From positions 4,960,001 to 5,024,000 of the forward strand of contig CM102288.1 in the NCBI GenBank assembly GCA_046563655.1: a stretch of DNA of 64,000 bases, read 5' to 3'. Both the position numbers and the translations under genes were made by a program. The stretch is from Yuukianura sp. NJ FZ-2021. Its lineage: Eukaryota. Each line of letters starts with the position of its first letter. The first letter of the stretch is position 1. Shown one piece after another: positions 63,137 through 64,000 of the stretch. A model generated the notes under the pieces. The model made no database searches. It was given only the letters and a program-made list of their open reading frames with translations, and was not told the DNA's origin.

Positions 63137-64000
63137 ATGAAGGTCTCCTACATAGGATTGGTTTTTGGACTAATTGCGTGGTATTTAAACAGTATTTAAT
63201 TGTTCTCAACACATTTGTATTCCTCGAATAAAAATCTGAACATTTAATTATTTAAGAATTTTAACAACTATAACTCATTATTTATCTCATCTTTCACTTT
63301 TTTGCATTACTTTAGCCTTCAATGTAGTGAAACTGTGCAGACGAAAGTTTACAGCTCCTTCAATCAACAAATTTACTGCAACCCGAGTTCAAAAATACTT
63401 TACCCGGAAGATACAGAAGAAATTTTGAAAATTTTGGGCAAAGCAAATATTGAGGGCAAAACTGTGAAGGCATTGGGAGCACAACACTCATCCACGGATA
63501 CAATCTGCACCGATGGAATTCCAATTTCAATGCGCAGATTCCGTGGAGCAGCTCTGAGCAGTGACGGAAATGAAGCTACTTTTGGTGCCGGAATAGAGTT
63601 GGGCGCAGCAATGGAGTTTCTCGAAAGACATAACCGTATGATTCCAATTGTACCAGCATATAGTAAGCACTAAAATTTTAAAAAATTTAACTACAAAAAT
63701 GAAGCAAAATATTTAGCGCCAGATTTGAAAAATAAAATTGTATTTTAGGTAAAATTACTATCGGTGGAGCAATTGGAACTGGAGCGCATGGATCTTCCCT
63801 GCGTCACTATGCTACCATATCTGATCATGTGACTGCTGTAACCGTCATTACTGGAAACGGTACGCTGCTGACCGTGACCTCTATTGAAGACGTCAACCAC
63901 TTTAAGGTCCACCTCGGCCTGCTTGGCATAGTTGTCAACGTGACCCTGAAAACTCTCCCACTACGCAAACTCACAGTTCATAATGAGTTGAGAGATGAAG
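63137..64000 (+). CDS. Secreted plant-type GULLO-like FAD oxidase, diverged copy 3 (runs off the window)
   Basis: Signal peptide MKVSYIGLVFGLIACLQC; QHSSTDTICTDGIPISM; ITIGGAIGTGAHGSSLRH; first two introns at equivalent positions and the same phases as copies 1 and 2. Confidence 0.85.

Overview
Eukaryotic, AT-rich, intron-containing animal DNA. Gene content (gustatory-receptor-like genes, a single-exon divergent ionotropic receptor, a ZAD-like zinc finger) points to a hexapod, plausibly a springtail; this is inference only. The left ~28 kb holds compact, mostly housekeeping genes: Rad6/UBE2A, DDX55, an MTRFR/C12orf65-like factor, DNAJB6-like, a lipocalin-like gene, Atg9, a C2H2 zinc finger and an XK-related gene. 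The middle (~29.0-49.0 kb) is a head-to-tail duplication of ~10 kb carrying a secreted plant-type L-gulonolactone-oxidase-like gene, a 7TM chemoreceptor-like gene and a lipocalin-like gene. The right part has two GR genes, an SLC46-like transporter, an IR and a third, diverged oxidase copy. Several non-autonomous DNA transposons are present, some with target-site duplications. The most interesting signal is the intron-containing, expanded family of secreted plant-type GULLO oxidases, a horizontal-transfer candidate. Others are a GGQ->GGS release factor only 70 nt upstream of DDX55, and a structured candidate poison exon in the DnaJ gene. Exon boundaries were read by eye; no database searches were run.
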